Source of the DNA: an uncultured Spirochaetota bacterium
GTDB taxonomy: Bacteria > Spirochaetota > UBA4802 > UBA5550
Length of the DNA: 64,000 nucleotides
Assembly: GCA_963827275.1 (NCBI GenBank)
Contig: CAWHAA010000008.1
Location: 1-64,000, forward strand
Direction: 5' to 3'
The position numbers were made by a program, and so were the translations under genes. The first letter of the stretch is position 1. Each line of letters begins with the position of its first letter. Below the pieces are notes generated by a model. That model was not told the origin of the DNA and did no database searches. It saw nothing but the letters and a program-made list of their open reading frames with translations. Shown here piece by piece: positions 9,855-20,088 of this stretch.

Positions 9855-10385
9855 ATGGCGGAAGTGGGAATAATACTCGGCAGCGATTCGGACCTTCCGA
9901 AAATAAAAGACTGCTTTGACATTCTCGATCAGTTCCAGGTTTCATATGAAACGATAATATCCTCCGCGCACCGCTCCCCGGCCCAGACGGTGGAATGGGC
10001 GGGCACCGCCGCCGCCAGGGGCGTGCGGGTCATCATCGCGGCGGCGGGCGGCGCGGCCCATCTTCCGGGCGTGGTGGCGGCGCATACCACCCTGCCGGTC
10101 ATCGGCGTGCCGGTGGAGACGAATATCGCGGGCGGCCTTGATTCGATACTCTCGATACTCCAGATGCCCGCCGGGGTCCCGGTCGCCGCCATGCCGGCGG
10201 GGAAGGCCGGCGGAGCGAACGCGGCGCTGTTCGCCGTCAGCATCCTCTCGCTTGGGGTCCCGGCTTACGCCGAGGGGCTGCAGCGGTACCGGGAAGAGAC
10301 CGCGGAGAAAATAGCGGGGCGTAACCAGGAACTGAAGCGGCTGGGGCCGCGCGAATATATCAGGAAGAAAGAGGCGGGAAAATGA
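9855..10385 (+). CDS. purE: N5-CAIR mutase PurE
   Basis: [46 protein letters not shown] at 9855 after GAGGGA. Confidence 0.96.
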   Translation: MAEVGIILGSDSDLPKIKDCFDILDQFQVSYETIISSAHRSPAQTVEWAGTAAARGVRVIIAAAGGAAHLPGVVAAHTTLPVIGVPVETNIAGGLDSILSILQMPAGVPVAAMPAGKAGGANAALFAVSILSLGVPAYAEGLQRYREETAEKIAGRNQELKRLGPREYIRKKEAGK

Positions 10386-11947
10386 TCGAGCATTCCGTCC
10401 AGATCCCGAATGAGCGTATCGTCATACTCGATTTCGGGTCCCAGTACACGCAGCTGATCGCCCGGAGGATCAGGGAGCTGCAGGTGTACGCCGAGATCGT
10501 GCCTTACTATTATCCCGTCGAGGAGATCAGGAAGGAGCGGCCCGCCGCCATCATATTGTCCGGGGGCCCGTCATCGACCTATGACAAGGGTGCGCCACAG
10601 GCGTCGCCTGAGATCTTTGGGCTGGACATCCCTATCCTGGGGATCTGCTACGGACTCTACCAGGTGGTAGAGGCGTTCAAGGGCAAGACGGAATCCGCCC
10701 GGTCAAAGGAATATGGCCGCGCGATGATCAATATACAGGGCGGGTCGCCGCTCTTCGGCGGCCTTTCGGACCGCGAGCAGGTATGGATGAGTCATGGCGA
10801 CAAGGTGGTGGCGCCGCCGCCGGGGTTCGCCGTTATCGCGTCTTCGGAGAACGCCGAAATCGCCGCGATCGAAGACCGGCAGCGAAAGATCTACGGCGTC
10901 CAGTTCCATCCCGAGGTGTATCACACTATCAACGGGAAAAAGGTGCTCCATAATTTTCTCTTCGAGATATGCCGGCTCCGGCCGACCTGGAACATGAAGT
11001 CCTTTATCGATTCATCGGTCGAGTCGATCAGGAACGAGGTCGGGGACGGCACCGTCCTTCTCGGCCTGTCCGGCGGGGTCGACTCGTCGGTCACTGCCGT
11101 GCTGCTGGAGAAGGCGATCGGCGACCGCTGCTACTGCGTGTTCGTCAATAACGGCGTGCTGCGAAAAAATGAGCACGTCCAGGTCGTTGAGCGCTTCAAG
11201 AAGAACATGAAGCTGAACCTTATCTATGTCGACGCCTCCGCGCGCTTTTTAAAAAAGCTCAGGGGCGTCGAGGACCCGGAAAAGAAACGGCGTATCATCG
11301 GGCGGGAATTCATCAAGGTGTTCATGGACGAGGCACGGAAGATCGGGAGGTTCGATTTTCTCGCGCAGGGTACCCTCTACCCCGACGTGATCGAATCGGT
11401 TTCCACCAAGGGCCCCTCTGACACCATCAAGAGCCACCACAACCGGGTGCCGGAGGTGCTGAAGCTGATCAGGTCGGGAAGGGTGATCGAGCCGCTGAAG
11501 GAGCTGTTCAAGGACGAGGTGCGGGAGCTCGGCAGGGTCCTCGGCATGAACGAGGAGCTCATCAACAGGCAGCCCTTCCCCGGCCCGGGCCTCGCCATTC
11601 GCATCATCGGGGAGGTCACGCCGGAGCGGATCCGCATCCTCCAGGAGGCGGACGATATCGTGGTACGGGAGATCAGGGACGCGGGGCTGTACAACGAACT
11701 CTGGCAGATTTTCGCGGTGTACCTGCCGGTCAAGTCCGTCGGGGTGATGGGCGACAGCCGCACCTACGAAAATGTCATTGCGATCAGGGGCGTTACGTCG
11801 GTGGACGCGATGACCGCCGACTGGGCGTATCTTCCCGAGGCGCTGCTCCGCAAAATATCAAACCGCATCATTAACGAGGTCAAGGGGATCAACCGGGTGG
11901 TGTATGACATTTCCTCCAAGCCGCCCAGCACGATCGAGTGGGAATAG
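10382..11947 (+). CDS. guaA: GMP synthase (glutamine-hydrolysing)
   Basis: [53 protein letters not shown]. Confidence 0.98.
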   Translation: MIEHSVQIPNERIVILDFGSQYTQLIARRIRELQVYAEIVPYYYPVEEIRKERPAAIILSGGPSSTYDKGAPQASPEIFGLDIPILGICYGLYQVVEAFKGKTESARSKEYGRAMINIQGGSPLFGGLSDREQVWMSHGDKVVAPPPGFAVIASSENAEIAAIEDRQRKIYGVQFHPEVYHTINGKKVLHNFLFEICRLRPTWNMKSFIDSSVESIRNEVGDGTVLLGLSGGVDSSVTAVLLEKAIGDRCYCVFVNNGVLRKNEHVQVVERFKKNMKLNLIYVDASARFLKKLRGVEDPEKKRRIIGREFIKVFMDEARKIGRFDFLAQGTLYPDVIESVSTKGPSDTIKSHHNRVPEVLKLIRSGRVIEPLKELFKDEVRELGRVLGMNEELINRQPFPGPGLAIRIIGEVTPERIRILQEADDIVVREIRDAGLYNELWQIFAVYLPVKSVGVMGDSRTYENVIAIRGVTSVDAMTADWAYLPEALLRKISNRIINEVKGINRVVYDISSKPPSTIEWE

Positions 11948-11949
11948 GC

Positions 11950-12345
11950 TCAGACCGTATCTTCAAGCTGCCGGCGCTTGAGGGCCGTGTGTATGGTCCA
12001 GTCCAGGTCGATCCCGGTGACCGGCTTCAATAAATACCCGTAGTAGAACGACGAGCCCTTCGCGCGCTGGATCACCTCGTGGTCGGTATTCGCGGTAAGA
12101 TAGACGATCGGAATGCGGCGGTCCCTGTTGATGCGGATTGCCGCTTCTATGCCGTCGATTGCGCCGGAGAGAGTGATGTCCATTATAATGAGATCTGGTT
12201 TCAGCTTCTCGATCATCCCGAGGGCTTCCTCGCCCGAGTGGAGGATGTCGGTCACCGTGTATCCCAGGTTTTCCAGCATTTTTTTGATGGAAAGGGCGGT
12301 CACTTTTTCGTCTTCAATTATCAATATCCTGGCGTCTTTCATCAT
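11950..12345 (-). CDS. Stand-alone response regulator receiver protein
   Basis: ILIIEDE, PDLIIMDI, IVYLTA, YLLKP; no output domain. Confidence 0.88.
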   Translation of the reverse strand: MMKDARILIIEDEKVTALSIKKMLENLGYTVTDILHSGEEALGMIEKLKPDLIIMDITLSGAIDGIEAAIRINRDRRIPIVYLTANTDHEVIQRAKGSSFYYGYLLKPVTGIDLDWTIHTALKRRQLEDTV

Positions 12346-12477
12346 GGTCCTGCTAACGGTACGGTATCTCAAGCATACTAGTATTGCCGGTATGCACTAC
12401 CAATATAGTGACAATTTACCCCATGAAATGACAAAAAATATTTAAAAAATAAAAATATTTATACGGGATGATCAGTT

Positions 12478-13419
12478 TCAATCATTGGCGCGGGCGAAGA
12501 GCCCAAGGACCGCGGTCCTGTCCCGCTTTAACTGTTCCGCAAGTTTTGCACCGGATTCGAATGTAATTTCACCCCGGATACATGTATGGAATTCGATAGT
12601 CAGGATAGAATCGTAGATTTCCTCGTTGAATTCAAATATATGCGCCTCGATGGTCCGGGCCTCTCCTGAGAACGTGGGATTGGTGCCGACGTTCAGCATT
12701 CCTGTTTTCCTGGTGCCGTCCTGGAACAGGACCCTGACCGCGTATACGCCGTCTCCCGGGAGTATCTTGTCCTGGTGGAGCGGGTGGATGTTCGCCGTGG
12801 GAAACCCGATGGTCCTTCCCCGTCCCATCCCCCTGACAACCGTGCCAGAGAGCGTGTAGCGCCACCCCAGGAGCGCGTTGGCTTTTGTGATGTTGCCGCT
12901 TTCAATCTCGCGGCGTATCCAGGTGGAGGATATGGGATGCTCATACCGGTCCTCCTCCTCGATGCGCGTTATCTCCACGCCGGTGGATGTCGCAAGCTCC
13001 GTCAGGAAATCAAAATTCCCCTCCCTGTTTTTCCCGAAGGCATGGTCATAGCCGATCACGAGATACTTGGCGTCCAGCTTCCCGATCAGTATTTCATTAT
13101 AGAATTCGATTGCGTGCATCTGCGCCATCTGGCGGGTGAAATTCAGCAGGATAATGTTGGGGATGCCGAAATTGTAGATTTCGTTCACCTTCTCGTCGGT
13201 AGAGGTGATGATCTTGATCGGCAGCTCCGGGTTCAGTATCTTCCGCGGGTGGTTTGAGAAGGTTATCACCACCGGGTCCCCCGACACGGCGGCGGCCTTG
13301 TCGATCAGGGCCGAGAGGATCTTCCGGTGCCCGAGGTGCACGCCGTCGAAATTGCCGATAGTGACCACGGGGTTTTTGAAGAGGTCCTTGTGCTCCGGGA
13401 TGTGGTGGTATATTTTCAT
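12478..13419 (-). CDS. ribF: Bifunctional riboflavin kinase/FAD synthetase
   Basis: TIGNFDGVHLGH, GYDHAFG, ISSTWIR, GRTIGFPTAN, GVYAV, NVGTNPT. Confidence 0.96.
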   Translation of the reverse strand: MKIYHHIPEHKDLFKNPVVTIGNFDGVHLGHRKILSALIDKAAAVSGDPVVITFSNHPRKILNPELPIKIITSTDEKVNEIYNFGIPNIILLNFTRQMAQMHAIEFYNEILIGKLDAKYLVIGYDHAFGKNREGNFDFLTELATSTGVEITRIEEEDRYEHPISSTWIRREIESGNITKANALLGWRYTLSGTVVRGMGRGRTIGFPTANIHPLHQDKILPGDGVYAVRVLFQDGTRKTGMLNVGTNPTFSGEARTIEAHIFEFNEEIYDSILTIEFHTCIRGEITFESGAKLAEQLKRDRTAVLGLFARAND

Positions 13420-13450
13420 ACTGTTTCTGAGACCGCGGCCGCCGGAAGGA

Positions 13451-14791
13451 TCACAGCGTGTACTTCTTCCTCATTTCCTGGTGCGCGACATTGATGATGT
13501 ACTGGTCAAGGAGCACCATCGCCATGAAGGCCTCCGCGACCGGCCACACCCGCGACACGATGGTCGGGTCGCGCCGCGTGACGGCGGCGAGCTCCGCGTC
13601 CTTCATCGCCACCTTGTCGATGGTCTTCTGCGGCTTCGCGATGGTCGGGGTCGGCTTGATGGCGAGACGCACCACGATATCCTGCCCGGTGGTGAGGCCG
13701 CCGGTGATCCCGCCGCTGTTGTTGTCTGAAAATGCCACGGCCCCGTCCCTGACCGACATCTGGTCGTTGCACTGGCTCCCCGTCATGTCTTTTACCCTGA
13801 GCCCCGCGCCGATCTCGACGGACTTCACCGTGCCGATGCTCATCATCCTCCCGAGCTCTCCGTCAAGCTTGCTGAAGACCGGCTCGCCGATGCCGGCGGG
13901 CACGCCGCGCGCGACGACCTCGACCACCCCGCCGCTCGAGTCCCCGTCGTCACGGACCGCGAGTATCCGGTCATACATGGCGTTCGCGCTCTCGGGATGG
14001 GGACAGTTCAGGACAGGGTGGAGCCCCTTCTCGGCGAGCTGCGCAACCTCTTTGTCCGAAAGGGGCGGCCGCTTGATGCCGGGGACCATCTTTTCAATTT
14101 CCGCGAGGACCGCGATCTTTTCCACGAAGCGCATGCCCGGCCGGATCCGGCCCTCCCGGTACACGAGGTTGTAGACCGGGTCCATGTCGCGCCGGACCTC
14201 CTTGAACGAGCGCACCCGGTCGCGGATCGTGTCATAGTCCATCTCGGCCATGGCGATGCCCGCCGCTTCGCGCACGAAGGAAAAAATTTCAATGCCGTGA
14301 TCGGCGAGTATCTTTTTCGCCACGGCGCCGGCCGCGACGATGGTGGAGGTATAGCGGCCGCTGAAGATGCCCGCGCCGATGGAATCGTCCCAGACCCCGT
14401 ACTTCTGGTATGATGCGTACGAGGCGTGGCCCGGACGCGGCGTCCGGTTCGTAACGCGGTATTGCTCGATATGCTCAAAATGCCGGTCAAGGTTGGGGAT
14501 CAGGACCGTGAGCGGCGTGCCGTTGGTGTATCCCTCGTTCGGGAACCCGGTCATGGTATCGGCCGCGTTCACGCCGGTGTAGATGACCGGGATGTCCGGC
14601 TCGCGCCGCGGCGAGGAAAGCTCCCCCTGGCCCGGCTTTCTCTGCAGCAGGTCGGTATAGATCTCCTCCTCGCTCAGGGGTATCCCGGCGGGGACGCCCT
14701 GGAGGTGGGTCACCAGCCCTTCCTGATACGAGCCGCCTGCGACCGTTACCTGGAAAAAAGTTCCGTATGTGCATCCGATCATTGGTTTCAC
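13451..14791 (-). CDS. aroC: Chorismate synthase, divergent, with internal insertion
   Basis: R.EPD, NGTP, PRPGHA, GDSSGGVVE, GIGEPVFSKLD, VEIGAG, GSQCND, NNSGGITGGLTTG, KPTPTI, RRDP. Confidence 0.85.
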   Translation of the reverse strand: MKPMIGCTYGTFFQVTVAGGSYQEGLVTHLQGVPAGIPLSEEEIYTDLLQRKPGQGELSSPRREPDIPVIYTGVNAADTMTGFPNEGYTNGTPLTVLIPNLDRHFEHIEQYRVTNRTPRPGHASYASYQKYGVWDDSIGAGIFSGRYTSTIVAAGAVAKKILADHGIEIFSFVREAAGIAMAEMDYDTIRDRVRSFKEVRRDMDPVYNLVYREGRIRPGMRFVEKIAVLAEIEKMVPGIKRPPLSDKEVAQLAEKGLHPVLNCPHPESANAMYDRILAVRDDGDSSGGVVEVVARGVPAGIGEPVFSKLDGELGRMMSIGTVKSVEIGAGLRVKDMTGSQCNDQMSVRDGAVAFSDNNSGGITGGLTTGQDIVVRLAIKPTPTIAKPQKTIDKVAMKDAELAAVTRRDPTIVSRVWPVAEAFMAMVLLDQYIINVAHQEMRKKYTL

Positions 14792-14935
14792 CTGCTATGG
14801 TTTGAGATTATGTATAAAAAAAGAATGCGGCAGGAACCGCATAGATCTCTGATACTTATGAATCGCCTGAATCCGTGTCAAGTTTTTTAACAGGTCGATG
14901 CGGTTGCCAGGGGCTATTTTCTTTCCCCGGTGTCA

Positions 14936-15760
14936 TTATTCCGATCGGTCCTTCAGGCCGAAATATACCTTTTTGATGAGGGGATAGGTTGAGGGGCGTG
15001 AGATCCTTTTTAAGAAGAAGGATTGAAGCTTCCCGAACAGGCCGGGGGTGATCCGCGCCCTGCCCCTGAACATTGCATTGATGCCGATTTCGGCGCAGGC
15101 GTCGGCCGAAATGAGGGTCCACCTGATGATGCCCGGGATGAAGACGCTGTTGGCGCTGAAAAAATTGGTCTTGATGCCCCCCGGCGTGAGACAGGTCACC
15201 CCTATGTTGTGGCGCTTCCATTCACAGTGGAGCGCCTCCGACAGGGAGAGGATGTAGCGCTTCGTCGGGCCGTAGGTAAGGGACGCAGGGTCGGGGAATT
15301 CCGCCGCGATCGATGATACGGTAAGGATGTGTCCCCGACTGCGCTCTATCATCTGCCTGCCGAACAGGAAACAGAGTTTTGTCACGGACATGACATGGAG
15401 GTTGATCACGTTTTCAATAGAGCCGATGTCGCGCATCTCGCGGTCGATATTCAGCATTATCCCGGCGCAGTTGACCAGGATGCCGACCGGCATGTCTTTC
15501 TTTTCGCAGAACGCGAAGACCCGGTCCGCCGCATCGGGCCTGAACAGGTCCATCTCCAGTATCGTGACGGCAGGCGAGGAAGTGCGTGATGTAATCTCCT
15601 TCCTCACCCGGTCCAGTTCCTTCTTGTTCTCACTTACGAGTACCAGGTCATGGCCCCTCATCGCAAGGTTTTTCGCCATGGCTTCGCCGAGCCCCGAGGA
15701 GGCCCCGGTGATAAGCGCTGTTTCTTTCTTCGGTTGATCGGTGCGTAAGGTCATGGTCAT
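14936..15760 (-). CDS. Short-chain dehydrogenase/reductase (COG0300-like)
   Basis: ALITGASSGLG, VNCAG, YGPTK (YxxxK), PGGIKT; ATGA overlap with the upstream cytidylyltransferase. Confidence 0.9.
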   Translation of the reverse strand: MTMTLRTDQPKKETALITGASSGLGEAMAKNLAMRGHDLVLVSENKKELDRVRKEITSRTSSPAVTILEMDLFRPDAADRVFAFCEKKDMPVGILVNCAGIMLNIDREMRDIGSIENVINLHVMSVTKLCFLFGRQMIERSRGHILTVSSIAAEFPDPASLTYGPTKRYILSLSEALHCEWKRHNIGVTCLTPGGIKTNFFSANSVFIPGIIRWTLISADACAEIGINAMFRGRARITPGLFGKLQSFFLKRISRPSTYPLIKKVYFGLKDRSE

Positions 15761-16458
15761 TGCCCCCGGTGCCGTGATGACATGCTCTCCGCCATGCGGC
15801 AGGCGGTCTCGTAATCCAGGCCGGTCGTGATCTTGAAGTTCGAGTAATCGCCCTGTACCATCCTGACCCTGAAGCCGGCGGCAAGGACCAGCGACACGTC
15901 GTCCGTGGCGGCCCGGTCGCGCGACGCCGTGTGCGCACTTTTTATTATTGAGTACCTGAAGGCCTGCGGGGTCTGGGCGCAGAACATGGCGTCCCGGGGC
16001 GGCACCGATATGACGAACCCGTCCCTCACCTCCGCGATCGTGTCCGTTGCGGGAACGTAGATGGCGGCGGCGCCGTGCCGTGCCGCTTCCGCTGCACAGT
16101 GCCGTACCAGCTCAGGACTGATAAACGGCCGCGCCGCGTCATGGAAGACAAGAATGTCATCATCGGTAAAGGAGCGGGCGGCGAGGGCGTTGCCGGCGGA
16201 TTCCTGGCGCGTTGCACCGCCCGGAACGAATTGTACCGGTTTTTGTATGCCCCGCGCGGCGGTTATATTCCGGGCTTCTGGAATGTATTCTTCCGGCAGC
16301 ACGGCGAGGATGCGGTCTATCTCGGAGAGAGCATCGCAGAGCTCAAGTGACCAGGCGATGACCGGCTTCCCTCCCAGGGGGAGAAACTGCTTCGGGGTGC
16401 GTGCATCAAGGCGCGCGCCCCTGCCGCCGGCAAGAATAATTGCATAGGTGCGGCCCAT
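15757..16458 (-). CDS. IspD/TarI-family cytidylyltransferase
   Basis: LAGGRGAR, PKQF, HDAARPF, QTPQAF, TDD, NFKITT. Confidence 0.9.
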   Translation of the reverse strand: MGRTYAIILAGGRGARLDARTPKQFLPLGGKPVIAWSLELCDALSEIDRILAVLPEEYIPEARNITAARGIQKPVQFVPGGATRQESAGNALAARSFTDDDILVFHDAARPFISPELVRHCAAEAARHGAAAIYVPATDTIAEVRDGFVISVPPRDAMFCAQTPQAFRYSIIKSAHTASRDRAATDDVSLVLAAGFRVRMVQGDYSNFKITTGLDYETACRMAESMSSRHRGQ

Positions 16459-16464
16459 GGGGCG

Positions 16465-17712
16465 TTACCTGCTCCCTTTCAGCGATTCGAGGCTCTCGAT
16501 CAGCATGCGGGTCGATTTCTCCCACGAGAATTTTTTTGAGCGGCTGAGGCCCTTCCCGGACAGCTTTTTTCTTGCCGGGCCGTTTTGTAAAAGGGCTTCC
16601 ATGGCCGCGGCGAGCCCGTCAACATCATGTGGATCGACCATGATGGCGGCGTCGCCCGCGACTTCCGGTATCGATGAGGTAGTGGAGGTGATGACGGGAC
16701 AGCCGCACTGCATCGCCTCCAGCACGGGAAGGCCGAACCCCTCGTAGTACGTGGGGAAGACGAAGATCTCCGCACCGGTGTAGATGGGCGCCAGCTCGGC
16801 GCTGGGGACATACCCGGTAAAGACAACGTTGTCGCCGACGTCTGAGGCGGCGATGTCCTTGAAAAAATCCGAGGTCTGCCAGCCCGCCATGCCCACCAGG
16901 ACGAGCTGGAAGTCGCGCCGGACGGGCACCCTCCGGTAGGCAGCGAGCAGCGTTGCTAAATTTTTTCTCGGTTCGAGGGTGCACACGGTCAATATGTATT
17001 TTTTCCGGATCCCGTATTTTGCGCGCGCGGCGGCAACTGCCGCGGGGGAAGCGCGGTGGAAGATCCCCGGGTCCGCCGCCAGGGGGATCGCATCGATCCG
17101 CGTTGCAAGCCGCAGGATCTCGCGCGCGTCCTTCGCCGTGTTTTCGGAGATAGATATCAGGAGGTCCATTTTCTTCATGTTCCGGAGCGTGAAGAGCTTC
17201 ATCCGCATTTTGTTGCCGAACTCCATGGTCTCGGGATAGAGCTCCCAGACGAGATCGTACAGGATTCCGACCTTTTTTACGGGCGAGAGAAAGAAGTAGG
17301 GATAGTAGTAGGTCGAGGTCCCGATGTAGATGTCCGCGCCGCTGCGTTTCAACGACGACGCGAGCTTGAAGGTGAAGATGATCTCGTCCGGTATTTCGAG
17401 CATGATTTTTGCTATGCGGTACAATAGCGTGCGGAGCGAGAGCAGGGCCCCCGGGTTGCCGCTTTTTTCCGATTTCAGGCCGAGCCACCGCTGCCGCGTC
17501 TTCATGAGAAGCCGCTTCACCGGGTATGAGAATTCCATGTGCCGCCAGCGGGGGTTTGTAATCTCAAGGTGCTTCAGCCCTTCCATCGTGTAGACAATGT
17601 ACTCGTTGGCGTCATCGAGCCGCTGCAGCTCGTTCAGGTAGTGCAGGATGACGTTCCCGACACCGGTGATCTTTTCCTGGCTCAGGGCGTGCGCTTCAAC
17701 CGCGATTTTCAT
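16465..17712 (-). CDS. Glycosyltransferase family 4 (GT-B)
   Basis: Start MKIAVEAH at 17712; LEPRKN, YEGFGLPVLEAMQCG, SSIPEVAG. Confidence 0.92.
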   Translation of the reverse strand: MKIAVEAHALSQEKITGVGNVILHYLNELQRLDDANEYIVYTMEGLKHLEITNPRWRHMEFSYPVKRLLMKTRQRWLGLKSEKSGNPGALLSLRTLLYRIAKIMLEIPDEIIFTFKLASSLKRSGADIYIGTSTYYYPYFFLSPVKKVGILYDLVWELYPETMEFGNKMRMKLFTLRNMKKMDLLISISENTAKDAREILRLATRIDAIPLAADPGIFHRASPAAVAAARAKYGIRKKYILTVCTLEPRKNLATLLAAYRRVPVRRDFQLVLVGMAGWQTSDFFKDIAASDVGDNVVFTGYVPSAELAPIYTGAEIFVFPTYYEGFGLPVLEAMQCGCPVITSTTSSIPEVAGDAAIMVDPHDVDGLAAAMEALLQNGPARKKLSGKGLSRSKKFSWEKSTRMLIESLESLKGSR

Positions 17713-18835
17713 GTGTCCGCTCCTGGGCAGGGGTGTATTCAAGAAACAGCCGGTAGATGGCGTGCGCGGTCTTTTCCCAGGTATACTGCCTGCAGTTTTC
17801 AAGGCCGGCCCTGACAAGCCTGCTTCTGAGGTTCCGGTCCTTTACGATCGAGAGCATTGCCGAGGCGATATCCTCGACATTGTGTGGATCGACGTAGAGC
17901 GCGCCGTCGCCGGCGACCTCGGGACAGCTTGAAACGTTGCTCGTGATGACCGGGCACCCGCATGCCTGCGCCTCCAGAATCGGGAGCCCGAACCCTTCGT
18001 AGAGCGAGGGGTACAGGTAGCAGTCCGCGAGGTTGTACATCATCACCAGGTCCTCTTCGCTGATATAACCCAGCTTGATGATCCTGTCCTTGAGGCCGGC
18101 GCCCTGTATCAGGCCGTGGACCTCGCTGTCCAGCCATGAATCGCCGCCGGTGAAATAGATGACGTGGGGGATGGATTCCCTGATCCGCATGAAGGCCCTG
18201 ATGAGGTTCATCATGTTTTTACGCGGGCTCAGGGAGCCGGCATAGAAGAAGAACGGCGTCGTGAGATCGTAGGTCTCCCTGACGCGCGCCAGCCTTTTCT
18301 TGTCGGTTATTCGTTTGAAATGGCTTTCCACGCCCTCCTTCACGACGCGGATCTTTTCCGGATTGATACGGAGCAGCGACTTCATCCTCGATGCGGTGAA
18401 ATCGGAGACGGTGAGGTCGATCCATGAAAATTTCGCCGCCACCGGGATCATGATCTTGTGGTGAAGGTTGTCGAAATATTTGAATTCCCTGAAGTCGAAA
18501 TCCTCGAAGTAGACGATGTCGTGGTAGACCGGAATTTTCTTGCCCCTGACCAGCGGGGAAAAGGTGTTTTTCGGGAACAGGAAGATGTCGATGCGGTTTC
18601 GCCATGAGAAAAACGGGACGTAGAAGTAGTCGAAGAACAATTTTGACCGGAAGCGGACCACGGACACCACGAAATTTGACGGGAGCTGGAAATCAAAATC
18701 CATCTTGTCGTACATGAGGATATGATACCGGTTGGTCCTGTCGATGGCGGCCAGCTCCCTGATGACGTTCATGGTATAGCGGGCTGGCCCGCCGTGGCGC
18801 TCATTTAACACCCGGGCATTGATGGCGATATTCAT
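17696..18835 (-). CDS. Glycosyltransferase family 4 (GT-B)
   Basis: SPRKN, PSLYEGFGLPILEAQACG, SSCPEVAG. Confidence 0.92.
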   Translation of the reverse strand: MNIAINARVLNERHGGPARYTMNVIRELAAIDRTNRYHILMYDKMDFDFQLPSNFVVSVVRFRSKLFFDYFYVPFFSWRNRIDIFLFPKNTFSPLVRGKKIPVYHDIVYFEDFDFREFKYFDNLHHKIMIPVAAKFSWIDLTVSDFTASRMKSLLRINPEKIRVVKEGVESHFKRITDKKRLARVRETYDLTTPFFFYAGSLSPRKNMMNLIRAFMRIRESIPHVIYFTGGDSWLDSEVHGLIQGAGLKDRIIKLGYISEEDLVMMYNLADCYLYPSLYEGFGLPILEAQACGCPVITSNVSSCPEVAGDGALYVDPHNVEDIASAMLSIVKDRNLRSRLVRAGLENCRQYTWEKTAHAIYRLFLEYTPAQERTHENRG

Positions 18836-19971
18836 GGCCGTTCCGTCCGTTTTCCAGGCGCGGCGGCAATGCGGCTGAAGGCCTCGCGGTACCCTTCCGC
18901 CTGCCGCGCGACGTCGAATTTTTTTGAAAGCGCGAGGCCCCGCTCGCGCAGCCGGGCGCGTTTGCCGTCATCAGCGATCAGCTCCCGGAGCTTTCCGGCG
19001 ATATCCTCCGGCGAAAGCGGGTCAGCGTACTCGACCGCCTCGCCGAACACCTCGGGGATGGCGGTGCTCCGGGCGGTGAGGACGGCGGTGCCCGACGCCA
19101 TGGCCTCAAGGATGGGAAGGCAGAACCCCTCGTGCAGGGAGGGCAGGGCGAAAACCGCCGCCTCGCGGTAGAGGCGCGCGAGCTCTTCCCCGGCGACGTA
19201 GCCCTTGAAGTCGATGCGCTTTCTCACACGGTCATCCAGGCCGTCGATCAGTTTCGCGAGCGGGCTGTTTTTCCATCCGCTGCCGCCGACGATGACCAGC
19301 TCCCCGTCAATTTCGCCGGCAATGAGAGAGAAGGCCATGACGAGGTTGACGAGGTTTTTCCGGGGCTGCAGGGTGCCGACAAAAAGCACGTACCCCTTCT
19401 TTGCCGCCGGCTGTGCCGGGGTAAATTGTGAAAGGTCGATCCCGTTGTATATCACGGTGATTTTTTCCCCGTCGATGCGGAGGTACTCCATCATCTCTTT
19501 CTTTGAATGGTTGGAGACGGTGAAAAAGAGATCGGACCTCCTGACAAAAAACGGGAACATAAATCGATAGAAGATGCTATTGGTCAGGGAGATCGCTTCC
19601 GGCATCGCCCGGTAGGCCACATCGTGGATTGTCGTTGCGACCTGTACCGAGCGGGGCAGGAAGAGGGGAAAATATTCGGCGCCGGCGAAAAAGAGTTCTA
19701 TGCCGTCGCGCAGTATCTGCTTTTTCAGCGAGGGGCTCTGGAGCCAGAACCGCCGTTTTTCCCGGAACACGCCGCTGATCGTGCGGAGCCGGAAGCGGGG
19801 GTTGGCGAATATAACGCCGGCGTAGTCGTCATGGGTGATGCCGGGCGTGTAGAGGTAATACTCGTTCTCCGTGTCAAGGCGCGACAGCTCCTTGAGGAGC
19901 CTCAGGAGGTAATTGCCGAGCCCGTCAATGTGCCGGGCATAGAGATAGTATGCGTCAACGCCTATTTTCAT
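18832..19971 (-). CDS. Glycosyltransferase family 4 (GT-B)
   Basis: GTLQPRKN, PSLHEGFCLPILEAMASG. Confidence 0.92.
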   Translation of the reverse strand: MKIGVDAYYLYARHIDGLGNYLLRLLKELSRLDTENEYYLYTPGITHDDYAGVIFANPRFRLRTISGVFREKRRFWLQSPSLKKQILRDGIELFFAGAEYFPLFLPRSVQVATTIHDVAYRAMPEAISLTNSIFYRFMFPFFVRRSDLFFTVSNHSKKEMMEYLRIDGEKITVIYNGIDLSQFTPAQPAAKKGYVLFVGTLQPRKNLVNLVMAFSLIAGEIDGELVIVGGSGWKNSPLAKLIDGLDDRVRKRIDFKGYVAGEELARLYREAAVFALPSLHEGFCLPILEAMASGTAVLTARSTAIPEVFGEAVEYADPLSPEDIAGKLRELIADDGKRARLRERGLALSKKFDVARQAEGYREAFSRIAAAPGKRTERP

Positions 19972-20088
19972 GTCAGTATCAACCAGAATAAAGGAGTACG
20001 GGAAGGGCGGCGCACCGTCAATGAAAAAAAATCAGGCAGGCGGCATAACCGGGGGCGGGGACCCCGGGAATTCCGGGAAACGGCGTAC

